Shown piece by piece: positions 1 through 7,119 of a stretch of DNA of 27,237 bases. Source of the DNA: a virus; IMG/VR virus record IMGVR_UViG_3300025137_000229, positions 1 to 27,237 of that record, one strand, 5' to 3'. Position 1 is the stretch's first letter. Every line of letters begins with the position of its first letter. A program made the translations under genes and the position numbers. The notes beneath the pieces are model-generated. The model searched no databases and was not told where the DNA came from. It worked only from the letters and a program-made list of their open reading frames with translations.

Positions 1-241
1 TGACACAGGATCAGAAAGCAATGTAGAGAAAGACAAAGGACACGTATCAGATGCTTTTAAAAGAGCTTGTGTTTCTTGGGGTGTTGGTAGGTTTTTATAT
101 AGGTTGCCTATTCAAACTTTGAAAACTAAAAAACATACTAATGGAAGAGAATATCCTTATGCACCTGAAAAAGACAAGATTATTTTTGATGGAGATACAC
201 TAACTAAATATATAAATTGGAAAATAAATAATAATAAATAA
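1..241 (+). CDS. Rad52/Sak-type single-strand annealing protein, C-terminal part (continues from 26985..27237 across the circular junction)
   Basis: The frame starting at nt 2 reads DTGSESNVEKDKGHVSDAFKRACVSWGVGRFLYRLP. This carries the SDAxKRA..WGxGRxLY signature of Rad52/Rad22-family phage annealases. Stop TAA at 239-241. Nt 1-29 duplicate 27209-27237. Confidence 0.85.
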   Translation, partial: DTGSESNVEKDKGHVSDAFKRACVSWGVGRFLYRLPIQTLKTKKHTNGREYPYAPEKDKIIFDGDTLTKYINWKINNNK

Positions 242-251
242 TAAATAAACT

Positions 252-581
252 ATGGAAATTAATGGAAAGATCGTAAAAGTATTACCTGAAAGCGGAACAA
301 CTAATGCAGGTAAAGAATGGAAAAAGATTAATGTAATATTATTACAGCCTGGAGAATATGGTAAAGAAGTTTGTATTACAGTTTTTGGTGATAAAGCCTA
401 TGAATCATTTAATGGATTTAAAGTAGGTGATACAGTAGATGTATCTGTAAACGTATCAAGCAGAGAATTTAATAACAAATACTACACAACTTTAGATGGT
501 TGGAGATGGGCTAATAAGAACTCCGAAGTTCACCAAGATGATTTTGTTACTTCAGAAAATGATGAAAACTTACCATTTTAA
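252..581 (+). CDS. DUF3127-like OB-fold single-stranded DNA-binding protein with an SSB-like acidic C-terminal tip
   Basis: ATG at 252. MEINGKIVKVLPE..GKEWKK..VFGDKA..GD.V.V...SREF..KYYT.L..WRW matches my recollection of DUF3127 proteins of Bacteroidota and their phages. The C-terminus SENDENLPF resembles the bacterial SSB DDDIPF tip. The gene lies directly downstream of the annealase. Confidence 0.75.
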   Translation: MEINGKIVKVLPESGTTNAGKEWKKINVILLQPGEYGKEVCITVFGDKAYESFNGFKVGDTVDVSVNVSSREFNNKYYTTLDGWRWANKNSEVHQDDFVTSENDENLPF

Positions 582-583
582 TT

Positions 584-1093
584 ATGACTGAAGAAAATAA
601 TTTTAAGGCTATATGCGGTATAGCTACTAGTATTTTAGGTATGCCGCAAGGCACTTTATCATTAAAGACTAGAAAAAGACCTATACAAGTAGCAAGAGCA
701 GCATCAGCATATATTGCTATGAATGAAGATAACATACATAGAAGTGTTATAGCAAAGGTGTTAAATAGAGATAGAGCAGTAACTTATCATTATCAATCTA
801 TGCACAAAAAACTATATGCCACTTGCCTTGTTTATCGTAATACATTCCTTAAAATATACAAAGCTTATAAGGATATAGATGGAGCAAAAGAAATATTTGT
901 AGATAAAGATTTTATGAAATCATACTTATTAAAAAATGGAGTTAAGGAAATTTTAAATTCTGATGTTTTATTAGAGATAAAAAGCGGAGAAGTAACGTGT
1001 AAAATAAAAACTTCTTACTTTGATTTTTCTAATCAAGTAGAAAATGTTAAACTTGCAATGCAAAATTATCACTATACAGTCAAGATTATATGA
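584..1093 (+). CDS. DnaA domain IV-like helix-turn-helix DNA-binding protein
   Basis: TRKRPIQVARAASAYIAMNEDNIHRSVIAKVLNRDRAVTYHYQSMHKKL parallels the DnaA C-terminal pattern (R...aRqiaMyL.r....s...Ig..f.rdHtTV.h). It sits in the replication module. Confidence 0.6.
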   Translation: MTEENNFKAICGIATSILGMPQGTLSLKTRKRPIQVARAASAYIAMNEDNIHRSVIAKVLNRDRAVTYHYQSMHKKLYATCLVYRNTFLKIYKAYKDIDGAKEIFVDKDFMKSYLLKNGVKEILNSDVLLEIKSGEVTCKIKTSYFDFSNQVENVKLAMQNYHYTVKII

Positions 1094-1737
1094 AACACCT
1101 TTTAAGTAGTTCAGCATTTTTAGTATTGAATAAAGAATTAGCAAGGCAAATAGGATTGAAAGAATCAGTCCTACTTGCTGATCTAATAAGCAAAGAAGAA
1201 TATTTTATAGTAAACGGAATGACTGATGGCTGGTTTTTTAATACTGAGGCTAATATTCAAAAAGACACTACACTAACACCATTTCAACAAAGAAAGTGTA
1301 TTAAAACACTTAAAAAGCATCAAATAATAGAAACTAAACGTAAAGGTGTACCTGCTAAACAATACTTTAAAATAAATGAACAACTAGTTGTGAAGTTTCT
1401 TAACAACTTGTCATTAACAAAATGCACAACTATTAATAAGAATAAAGTAATAACAATACATAATAAATATTTTATTAAGCCAACGAATTTAGAAGTTCAA
1501 GATTATTGTAAACAAAGGAATAATAATATAGATGCAGAAGCTTTTATAGATTTTTATGAATCAAAAGGTTGGATGATTGGTAAAAATAAAATGAAGGATT
1601 GGAAATCAGCAGTAAGAACTTGGGAAAGAAAAGAAGTAAAAAAGCCAAAATCAATGAGTAAAATACATCAGCATTTACAAAAAAATATGAATGTAAAAGA
1701 AAAACTAAAAAAACAATTAAAAAATGAGATTAATTAA
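1090..1737 (+). CDS. Putative replication initiator/replisome organiser (N-terminal winged helix, C-terminal FIDFYESKGW..DWKSAVRTW module)
   Basis: ATGA overlap with the upstream gene. The N-terminal region (FLVLNKELARQIGLKESVLLADLIS...GWFF...IQKDTTLT..QQRKCIKTLKKHQIIETKRKG.PAKQYFKIN) looks like phage DnaD/organiser-type wHTH domains. The C-terminal W-rich module recurs in phage replication proteins. Iteron-like repeats lie in the interdomain linker. Confidence 0.5.
   Translation: MKHLLSSSAFLVLNKELARQIGLKESVLLADLISKEEYFIVNGMTDGWFFNTEANIQKDTTLTPFQQRKCIKTLKKHQIIETKRKGVPAKQYFKINEQLVVKFLNNLSLTKCTTINKNKVITIHNKYFIKPTNLEVQDYCKQRNNNIDAEAFIDFYESKGWMIGKNKMKDWKSAVRTWERKEVKKPKSMSKIHQHLQKNMNVKEKLKKQLKNEIN
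1380..1431. repeat. Three ACAACT(A/T) repeats at exact 23-bp spacing (1380, 1403, 1426) followed by an AT-rich tract; candidate origin iterons
   Basis: Read directly: gaACAACTAgttg, taACAACTTgtca, gcACAACTAttaa. The first copy is part of a perfect 10-bp palindrome CAACTAGTTG (1381-1390). An A/T-rich run follows at about 1431-1490. Confidence 0.4.
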
Positions 1738-2092
1738 AACAATGACAAAAGAAGATTTGCTGATGTGTTCAGTAGATTTAGTTAGCAAGACTTACATAGG
1801 TTTAGGACAAAACAATGTAGAAGAAGATACAATAATGATAATGTCAAAAGACTTAGCCAAAGATTTAGAAAGAATTTATAAAAACTTTTATTTTGAAGAT
1901 GCTGAAAATGCTTTTTATGAGGGGATAAGAGCAGACATAAAAACTGATTTTATACACTTTAATATTCCTATTTATATTAGATGGTTAAAAAGTCATAAAT
2001 CATTAATATGGGAAGCTAGAGCTCAGTTTGATAGTGGTGAAGATCCTAAGCAAATTTTATATTATAGACCTGAACCAAAACTATTAAAATGA
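1724..2092 (+). CDS. Hypothetical early protein
   Basis: Long + strand ORF in a tightly packed operon. ATG at 1724, with an alternative ATG at 1742 just after the upstream stop. No family recognised. Confidence 0.7.
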   Translation: MRLIKTMTKEDLLMCSVDLVSKTYIGLGQNNVEEDTIMIMSKDLAKDLERIYKNFYFEDAENAFYEGIRADIKTDFIHFNIPIYIRWLKSHKSLIWEARAQFDSGEDPKQILYYRPEPKLLK

Positions 2093-2403
2093 AAACAAAA
2101 GAAATTGTAAGAGAATTACTAAAAACTAAACCATCTTTGAAAGATGATGATAATAGATTGACTACTCATATATGGTTTAGAGAATTGCAAGAATTAGGAA
2201 TTGATCCTCATAATACTCCTATTACTGAATTTTTAAAAAAATATGCAGATAATAAAATAACTGTAGCTCCTACATTAACTAGAATTAGAAGAAAACTTCA
2301 GGAAGAAGAACCTGAATTTAGAGGTGAAAAATATTATTTAAGAAAAGGAACTTATCAAAATGAATGGCGTAAAAAACTAGGATATGAAGAAAACAATAAG
2401 TAA
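2089..2403 (+). CDS. Hypothetical early protein
   Basis: ATGA overlap with the upstream gene. Codon usage is consistent with its neighbours. No family recognised. Confidence 0.7.
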   Translation: MKTKEIVRELLKTKPSLKDDDNRLTTHIWFRELQELGIDPHNTPITEFLKKYADNKITVAPTLTRIRRKLQEEEPEFRGEKYYLRKGTYQNEWRKKLGYEENNK

Positions 2404-2791
2404 ATTAAAAAAAGAACTAGACAAATGGTTTAGTCTTTACATCAGAATCAGAGAAGCAACAGATGAAGGATTATGTCAATGTTTCACTTGCGGAAAGGTA
2501 TTGCATTACAAACAAATGCAAAATTCTCACTTTCAAAGTCGTAAGCATCATTCAACTAGATGGAATGAACAAAATTGCCAAAATGGTTGTGTAAAATGTA
2601 ATGTTTTTAATTATGGCGAACAATGGAAATTCGGTCTTAATTTAGATTTAAAATATGGACAAGGAACTTCAGAAGATTTAGAACTTTTATCTAGATCAGT
2701 ATTTAAAAAAGCAAGATGGGAATATGAAGATGATATAAGTTATTATAAAAATATTGTTAATAATTTAAAATTAGAAAAAGGATTAGAGTAA
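2384..2791 (+). CDS. ninG: NinG/Rap-family recombination endonuclease
   Basis: CQCFTCGKVLHYKQMQNSHFQSRKHHSTRWNEQNCQNGCVKCNVFNYGE carries the Cys/His arrangement (C.C..CG....q..H......STRw...N...C..CN...G) I associate with lambda NinG-family proteins. Confidence 0.7.
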   Translation: MKKTISKLKKELDKWFSLYIRIREATDEGLCQCFTCGKVLHYKQMQNSHFQSRKHHSTRWNEQNCQNGCVKCNVFNYGEQWKFGLNLDLKYGQGTSEDLELLSRSVFKKARWEYEDDISYYKNIVNNLKLEKGLE

Positions 2792-2812
2792 ACATTTCTA
2801 TTAATTTTGAAT

Positions 2813-3172
2813 ATGCTTAAACCTATATATTCCAGTCAAGAGCATAAGGCTATTGTAGAACTATATATTAATATGTGTAAGGAGTTCGCTAAAGATGTTA
2901 GCAATAAGCATAAATACCATAATTTTTTAGATGTGATAGACACAATAATAGAGTACCATAATAACTATGGAAAAGGAATGAGAGAAGAAGGAAATTTTTA
3001 TGATTGGATAATGATTATACCAATAAATCTATCAGTAGCTATAAATGGGTTTTTTGCAGGATTAGAAACAAAAAGAAATGCAGCCACTATTAGAAGTTAT
3101 AAAGTTATATTGGAACAACTTTTGTATGAATCAGTAGAAAAGATAGATAATATAGAACCTACAAATGACTGA
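2813..3172 (+). CDS. Hypothetical early protein
   Basis: The ORF track starts at TTG 2807. The first ATG is at 2813. No family recognised. Confidence 0.65.
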   Translation: MLKPIYSSQEHKAIVELYINMCKEFAKDVSNKHKYHNFLDVIDTIIEYHNNYGKGMREEGNFYDWIMIIPINLSVAINGFFAGLETKRNAATIRSYKVILEQLLYESVEKIDNIEPTND

Positions 3173-3740
3173 TATATATACTGAAATATCTAAATTGACT
3201 GATAAATTTAGAACAATGTGTTTTGGCATAACTACTGATGAAAACAAAATACATAATGCAGTACAAGAGTTAATGCTGTATTTTTTACAAATGAATCCTG
3301 ATACATTAAAAAGTATATGGGAAAAAGATGGAAAGACAGGGATAATACGTTATGGAGCAGTAGTTTTAAGAAGAGCTTTAACAAGTCCAAGAAGTAATTT
3401 TTACTATAAGTATGAAAAATATTATAAGCATATTGATAGTTTTAATAGTAATGCTAGTCAGTCTATCACTAATATTGATTATGGAGGTGATGCTATTTAT
3501 TATAAGAATCTATCAAATATTTCTGAACAACAAGAAGAATATCATTGGACAAAATTAGAAGAGATAGATTTAATTTTAGACAAACAAACGTGGTATGATA
3601 AGAAGATATTTGAATTATATTATTCAGGAGAAACATTAGATAGTTTAGCTAATAAAACAAAGATAAGTAGAAACAGTTTATTCACAACAATAGATAAAGT
3701 AAGAACAATATTAAAAAAAGAATTAAATGAAGATATATGA
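3165..3740 (+). CDS. Sigma-70/ECF-like transcription factor (region 2-like N-terminus, region 4-like HTH C-terminus)
   Basis: The C-terminus WYDKKIFELYYSGETLDSLANKTKISRNSLFTTIDKVRTILKKEL fits the sigma region 4 pattern (vf.L.y..g.s..eiA...gis..tv...i..ar..lkk.l). The N-terminus HNAVQELMLYFLQ...GIIRYGAVVLRRALTSPRS is region 2-like. Confidence 0.55.
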   Translation: MTDIYTEISKLTDKFRTMCFGITTDENKIHNAVQELMLYFLQMNPDTLKSIWEKDGKTGIIRYGAVVLRRALTSPRSNFYYKYEKYYKHIDSFNSNASQSITNIDYGGDAIYYKNLSNISEQQEEYHWTKLEEIDLILDKQTWYDKKIFELYYSGETLDSLANKTKISRNSLFTTIDKVRTILKKELNEDI

Positions 3741-3803
3741 TCCTGTAAAAAATGATAGCTTTGTGATGATGTTTGGCTTTAAAAGTCCTAATTGGTAAAA
3801 GAA

Positions 3804-4208
3804 ATGAATAGGTTTTTTGTAGAAAATGAAGTCTATGAAGATAGAATAGAAATCTGTAAAGGATGTACTTACTATTACAAGCCAACAGGTAGCTGTAAGA
3901 TATGTATGTGCTTTATGAAAATCAAGGCACGTATAGCTAACCAATCTTGTCCTCAAAAGTATTGGCATAAAACATCAGAGGTTATGAAAGCTCCTGATGA
4001 TTTACCTCAAGAGATAATAGATGAAATATTAGATATGTGGAAAGACTTAAAAACAGGTAGAGCTAAAGATGTACAAGCCAAGAAAAAGATGATAGAAACA
4101 TACAACACAATTTACAACACTAATTATCAAACAGGTACTAATTGCGGTTCTTGTATATCTACTTGTTTTGATGGAATTAAAAAACTATATAAAAAATACA
4201 GCGAATGA
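3804..4208 (+). CDS. Cysteine-rich (putative zinc-binding) protein
   Basis: The track starts at TTG 3792. The first ATG is at 3804 (MNRFF). Cys cluster CKGCTYYYKPTGSCKICMCFMKIKARIANQSCPQKYW, plus C-terminal NCGSCISTC. Confidence 0.65.
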   Translation: MNRFFVENEVYEDRIEICKGCTYYYKPTGSCKICMCFMKIKARIANQSCPQKYWHKTSEVMKAPDDLPQEIIDEILDMWKDLKTGRAKDVQAKKKMIETYNTIYNTNYQTGTNCGSCISTCFDGIKKLYKKYSE

Positions 4209-4420
4209 GTTATTTAGCACACTTAAAGAGAACAAAGATGCACCACTCAGAAAGGTGGATAGTAAAAACAAATGAAGATGGTTTAGTTAGGGAAGTGAAA
4301 TTAATTTACAGTCCTGAAGAATATAGAAAGTTTAAAAAAGCTAGACCTTTACATACACAAAATGGTTTAATAAAAATACTAGAAAATGACAAAGAAAGAA
4401 GATTACAAAAAAAGTCCTGA
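4205..4420 (+). CDS. Hypothetical protein
   Basis: ATGA overlap with the upstream gene. 71 aa, basic. Confidence 0.6.
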   Translation: MSYLAHLKRTKMHHSERWIVKTNEDGLVREVKLIYSPEEYRKFKKARPLHTQNGLIKILENDKERRLQKKS

Positions 4421-4649
4421 ACCAAGCTATTACACAGGAAAGCTTTATGGTTATTCAGCAAAGAACATTGTAGATGATTTTCAACTTAGTGCCTGGACAT
4501 CACAAGCAGTACAATACATATTAAGAGCAGGTAAAAAAGAGGGAAACTCACCTGAGCAAGATATACAGAAAGCAATCAATGTACTACACTTTGAATTAGA
4601 CAAACTCTATGAACAAAGCAAAACAAGAACAGGAGGATTAGCACAATGA
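4386..4649 (+). CDS. DUF3310-family protein
   Basis: YYTGK..GYSAKNIVDDFQLSAWTSQAVQYILRAGKKEG..PEQDIQKAINVLHFEL matches the DUF3310 pattern (HY....e.i..i.......f..gNaiKYi.RaG.K.......dl.KA..yl). Confidence 0.7.
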   Translation: MTKKEDYKKSPEPSYYTGKLYGYSAKNIVDDFQLSAWTSQAVQYILRAGKKEGNSPEQDIQKAINVLHFELDKLYEQSKTRTGGLAQ

Positions 4650-4876
4650 TTAGTAAAGATACAATAGAACTTGTAAGTTGGAAACAAGTAGTAAAAAGAT
4701 ATAATTATAAAGAAAGCAAAAACAAAGGCACTAGATTTGGTTTAAAATTAGAACTAAATGGAATGAACGATATTCAATTCATTTGGTGTGAAACTAATTT
4801 AGAAAGAAGAAAGTTGTTTAAAACTATAATTAGAATAGCTAAGGATGAAGGTAGAGATTTAAAGATAATAGAATGA
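4646..4876 (+). CDS. Hypothetical protein
   Basis: ATGA overlap with the upstream gene. 76 aa. Confidence 0.6.
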   Translation: MISKDTIELVSWKQVVKRYNYKESKNKGTRFGLKLELNGMNDIQFIWCETNLERRKLFKTIIRIAKDEGRDLKIIE

Positions 4877-4877
4877 T

Positions 4878-5135
4878 ATGACACTATACAAATGTAAATG
4901 CGGTAATGAAGAAGAGATAGGAAAAACTACAATAGCTTTAAGAGATGGTAGATGGAGAACTATACAGGCTAAATGTATTTGCGGTTTATGGATGGAAAGT
5001 GAACCTGAAGAGGGTATGCCAAGTATAAGAAGAACAGAAGGATCATTAAGTAAAAAGAAGCAAGGAAATAGACTTTGGGATAGTGCTAAAGAAAAGCTAG
5101 TAGGAGAACGAGGAATTAATGAATCATTTGATTAA
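4878..5135 (+). CDS. Small zinc-ribbon-like protein
   Basis: Two Cys pairs (CKCG ... CICG) in 85 aa. Confidence 0.55.
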   Translation: MTLYKCKCGNEEEIGKTTIALRDGRWRTIQAKCICGLWMESEPEEGMPSIRRTEGSLSKKKQGNRLWDSAKEKLVGERGINESFD

Positions 5136-5518
5136 TGAACTTTGTAGTAAACACAACACAAGACAAGCAGACATTATTCAGCTACTTAAAAGAGTTAGGA
5201 ACTGATTATATAGTAAAGGTAAAGAAACAAAGAAACAATAGAAGCAATATGCAGAACAATTACTATTGGGCTTGTATAGTACAGCCATTAGCATCAGAGC
5301 TAGGTTACTTTCCTGATGAAATGCACGATACACTTAAAGTAAAGTTTGCTAGTGAATGGCAAAGCATAGAGATAAACGACAAACAGATAGGACTTCAAAC
5401 AGTAAACAGTACGGCAAGAATGAACACAAAAGACTTTGAGGTGTATGCAGATCAAATAAGGATATGGGCTTTAACAGAACTAGGTGTAAGACTAATGCTA
5501 CCAAATGAATTCAAGTAA
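5135..5518 (+). CDS. ninB: NinB/Orf-family recombination mediator
   Basis: VKVKKQRNNRSNMQNNYYWACIV aligns by eye with lambda NinB VTIQERNRSLDQNRKLWACLG. STARMNTKDFEVYADQIRIWALTELGV aligns with lambda STSRMRVGEFAELLELIQAFGTERGV. Confidence 0.7.
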   Translation: MNFVVNTTQDKQTLFSYLKELGTDYIVKVKKQRNNRSNMQNNYYWACIVQPLASELGYFPDEMHDTLKVKFASEWQSIEINDKQIGLQTVNSTARMNTKDFEVYADQIRIWALTELGVRLMLPNEFK

Positions 5519-5534
5519 TTTCTATTATATAGTA
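5502..5534 (+). promoter_or_regulatory. Late motif copy 1: CAAAT-N14-TCTATTATATAGTA
   Basis: CAAAT at 5502-5506 and the core at 5521-5534. It lies 27 nt upstream of ATG 5562. Confidence 0.55.
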
Positions 5535-5561
5535 CAGCTTGATTAATCAAATTATTTCAAA

Positions 5562-5822
5562 ATGAATACACACGGAGGTAAAAGAACAGGAGCAGGTAGA
5601 AAGGCAAAAGCAGAAGAACAAAAGCTAATAGAGAATTTAACACCTATGAATGAAATGGCTTTAGATTCATTAAAAAAAGGATTAGAGAAAAAGGAACAAT
5701 GGGCAGTTAAGTTATTCTTTGAATACTTCTATGGTAGACCTCAGCAAAGAGTTGATGTTACAACTAATGAAGAAAGTCTTAATATGCCACTTATAACATT
5801 TATAGACCCTGAAACTGAGTAA
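5562..5822 (+). CDS. Small terminase-like protein (GGKRxGAGRK N-terminus)
   Basis: 86 aa, immediately upstream of and overlapping the TerL reading frame. The basic N-terminus MNTHGGKRTGAGRKAK is common in small DNA-binding proteins encoded next to TerL. Confidence 0.4.
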   Translation: MNTHGGKRTGAGRKAKAEEQKLIENLTPMNEMALDSLKKGLEKKEQWAVKLFFEYFYGRPQQRVDVTTNEESLNMPLITFIDPETE

Positions 5823-7011
5823 GAAATATAATCCACTATTCCAATCTGATGCACGTTATTTTATAATAACAGGTGGTAGAGGATCAGGTAAGTCTTTTGC
5901 AGTAACAGTCTTTCTTACTTTACTTACAATGACAGAAGGCATAAGAATACTATTTACAAGGTACACAATGACTTCAGCTCACTTATCAATCATTCCTGAG
6001 TTCCTGGAAAAGATAGGGTTATTAGGATATGAAGATGTATTTAACATAAACAAGTCTGAAGTAGTAAACACTAAAAACAAAAGTGATATACTATTTAGAG
6101 GTATTAAAACATCAGCAGGAAATCAGACAGCTAGTTTAAAATCATTAACAGGAGTTTCTAATTGGATTCTTGATGAAGCAGAAGAACTTATTGATGAAGA
6201 TATTTTTGACACAATAGACTTAAGTATTAGAGAAAAGAACATACAGAATAGGATTATACTTATACTGAATCCTGTTACAAAAGAACATTGGATATACAAT
6301 AGATTCTTTCAGAACAAAGGTGTAGAAGCAGGTTTTAATGGATTTAAAGACAATGTATGCTATATACATAGTACATACCTAGACAACAAAGATAATCTCT
6401 CTAAGAGCTTCTTAGAACGTATTAAAGACATAAAGCATAGAAACTTTAAGAAGTATCAGCATAAGATATTAGGGGGGTGGTTAGATAAAGCAGAAGGTGT
6501 TGTGTTTGAGAATTGGAGTATAGGAGAATTTAATCCTAATAACTTACAAACATCTTGCGGAATGGATTTTGGTTTCTCAGTCGATCCTGATAGTCTTGTT
6601 GAAGTAGCTATTGATAAAAAGCATAAGAAGATATATTTAAAAGAACATATATATAAGAATGGTTTAAAATCACACGATTTAGCTAAGATAGTTTTAGATA
6701 AGGTAGGTGATAAGCTTATAATAGCAGATTCAGCAGAACCAAGACTAATAGAAGATTTAAGACATTTAGGAGTTAACATAAAGCCTGTAAAGAAAGGAAC
6801 TATTGAAAGCGGAATAACAAGGATGTTAGATTATGAGTTAATAGTAACTCCTGAATCAACAAACATAGCTAAAGAAATGAATAACTATATATATGCAGAT
6901 AAAGGCTCTAAGTTATATGTAGACAATTACAATCATTCAATTGATGCTATCCGTTATAATTGCATATACCATTTAGATAATCCTAATGCTGGTAAATATT
7001 TTGTACAATAA
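5806..7011 (+). CDS. terL: Terminase large subunit (PBSX/Terminase_3-like); true start unresolved
   Basis: Walker A GGRGSGKS at 5872-5895 lies upstream of the first in-frame ATG (5929). Nuclease motifs are present: GMDFGFSVDPDS, ADSAEPRLIEDL, HSIDAIRY. The frame opens at 5806, after TAG at 5803-5805. There is no ATG/GTG/TTG before the Walker A box. Confidence 0.85.
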   Translation, partial: TLKLSKKYNPLFQSDARYFIITGGRGSGKSFAVTVFLTLLTMTEGIRILFTRYTMTSAHLSIIPEFLEKIGLLGYEDVFNINKSEVVNTKNKSDILFRGIKTSAGNQTASLKSLTGVSNWILDEAEELIDEDIFDTIDLSIREKNIQNRIILILNPVTKEHWIYNRFFQNKGVEAGFNGFKDNVCYIHSTYLDNKDNLSKSFLERIKDIKHRNFKKYQHKILGGWLDKAEGVVFENWSIGEFNPNNLQTSCGMDFGFSVDPDSLVEVAIDKKHKKIYLKEHIYKNGLKSHDLAKIVLDKVGDKLIIADSAEPRLIEDLRHLGVNIKPVKKGTIESGITRMLDYELIVTPESTNIAKEMNNYIYADKGSKLYVDNYNHSIDAIRYNCIYHLDNPNAGKYFVQ

Positions 7012-7046
7012 AAAAAGGGTGGTAATAAATACACACCCCCTTTTTG
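7011..7046 (+). terminator. Putative intrinsic terminator after terL
   Basis: A-run, then GGGTG (7017-7021), a loop, CACCC (7034-7038), then CC and TTTTT (7041-7045). Confidence 0.5.
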
Positions 7047-7085
7047 CAAGATTCACAACTAAAACGTGGCAAATATAAACATTTT

Positions 7086-7119
7086 AAACTAAATATCAAC
7101 TTTTTCTATTATATAGTAT
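7086..7119 (+). promoter_or_regulatory. Late motif copy 2 (core TCTATTATATAGTA 7105-7118; upstream half degenerate)
   Basis: The core is identical to the other copies. The upstream element reads AAACT rather than CAAAT. ATG 7120 follows the core after a single nt. Confidence 0.5.

Noticed and set aside
221-250. (A/T)AA-type microsatellite aaaataaataataataaataataaataaac
   Set aside because: It is the Asn/Lys-rich 3' end of the annealase gene plus a 10-nt spacer. It is ordinary low-complexity sequence in an AT-rich genome with no higher-order structure.
547-735. Minus-strand ORFs in the track (547-735, 3682-3885, 3723-3968, 6456-6779, 10918-11169, 11676-11882, 14106-14363, 16600-16800, 16984-17328, 17409-17615, 19969-20196, 25656-25850)
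   Set aside because: Each lies antisense inside a longer, well-supported + strand gene. Their translations are low-complexity or hydrophobic without recognisable motifs. They are typical shadow ORFs in a single-strand-coded phage genome.
4626-4648. AGGAGG 8-9 nt upstream of ATG 4646 as evidence for Shine-Dalgarno use
   Set aside because: It is an isolated case lying inside the upstream coding sequence. Nearly all other starts have A-rich, G-poor leaders, consistent with SD-independent initiation in Bacteroidota.
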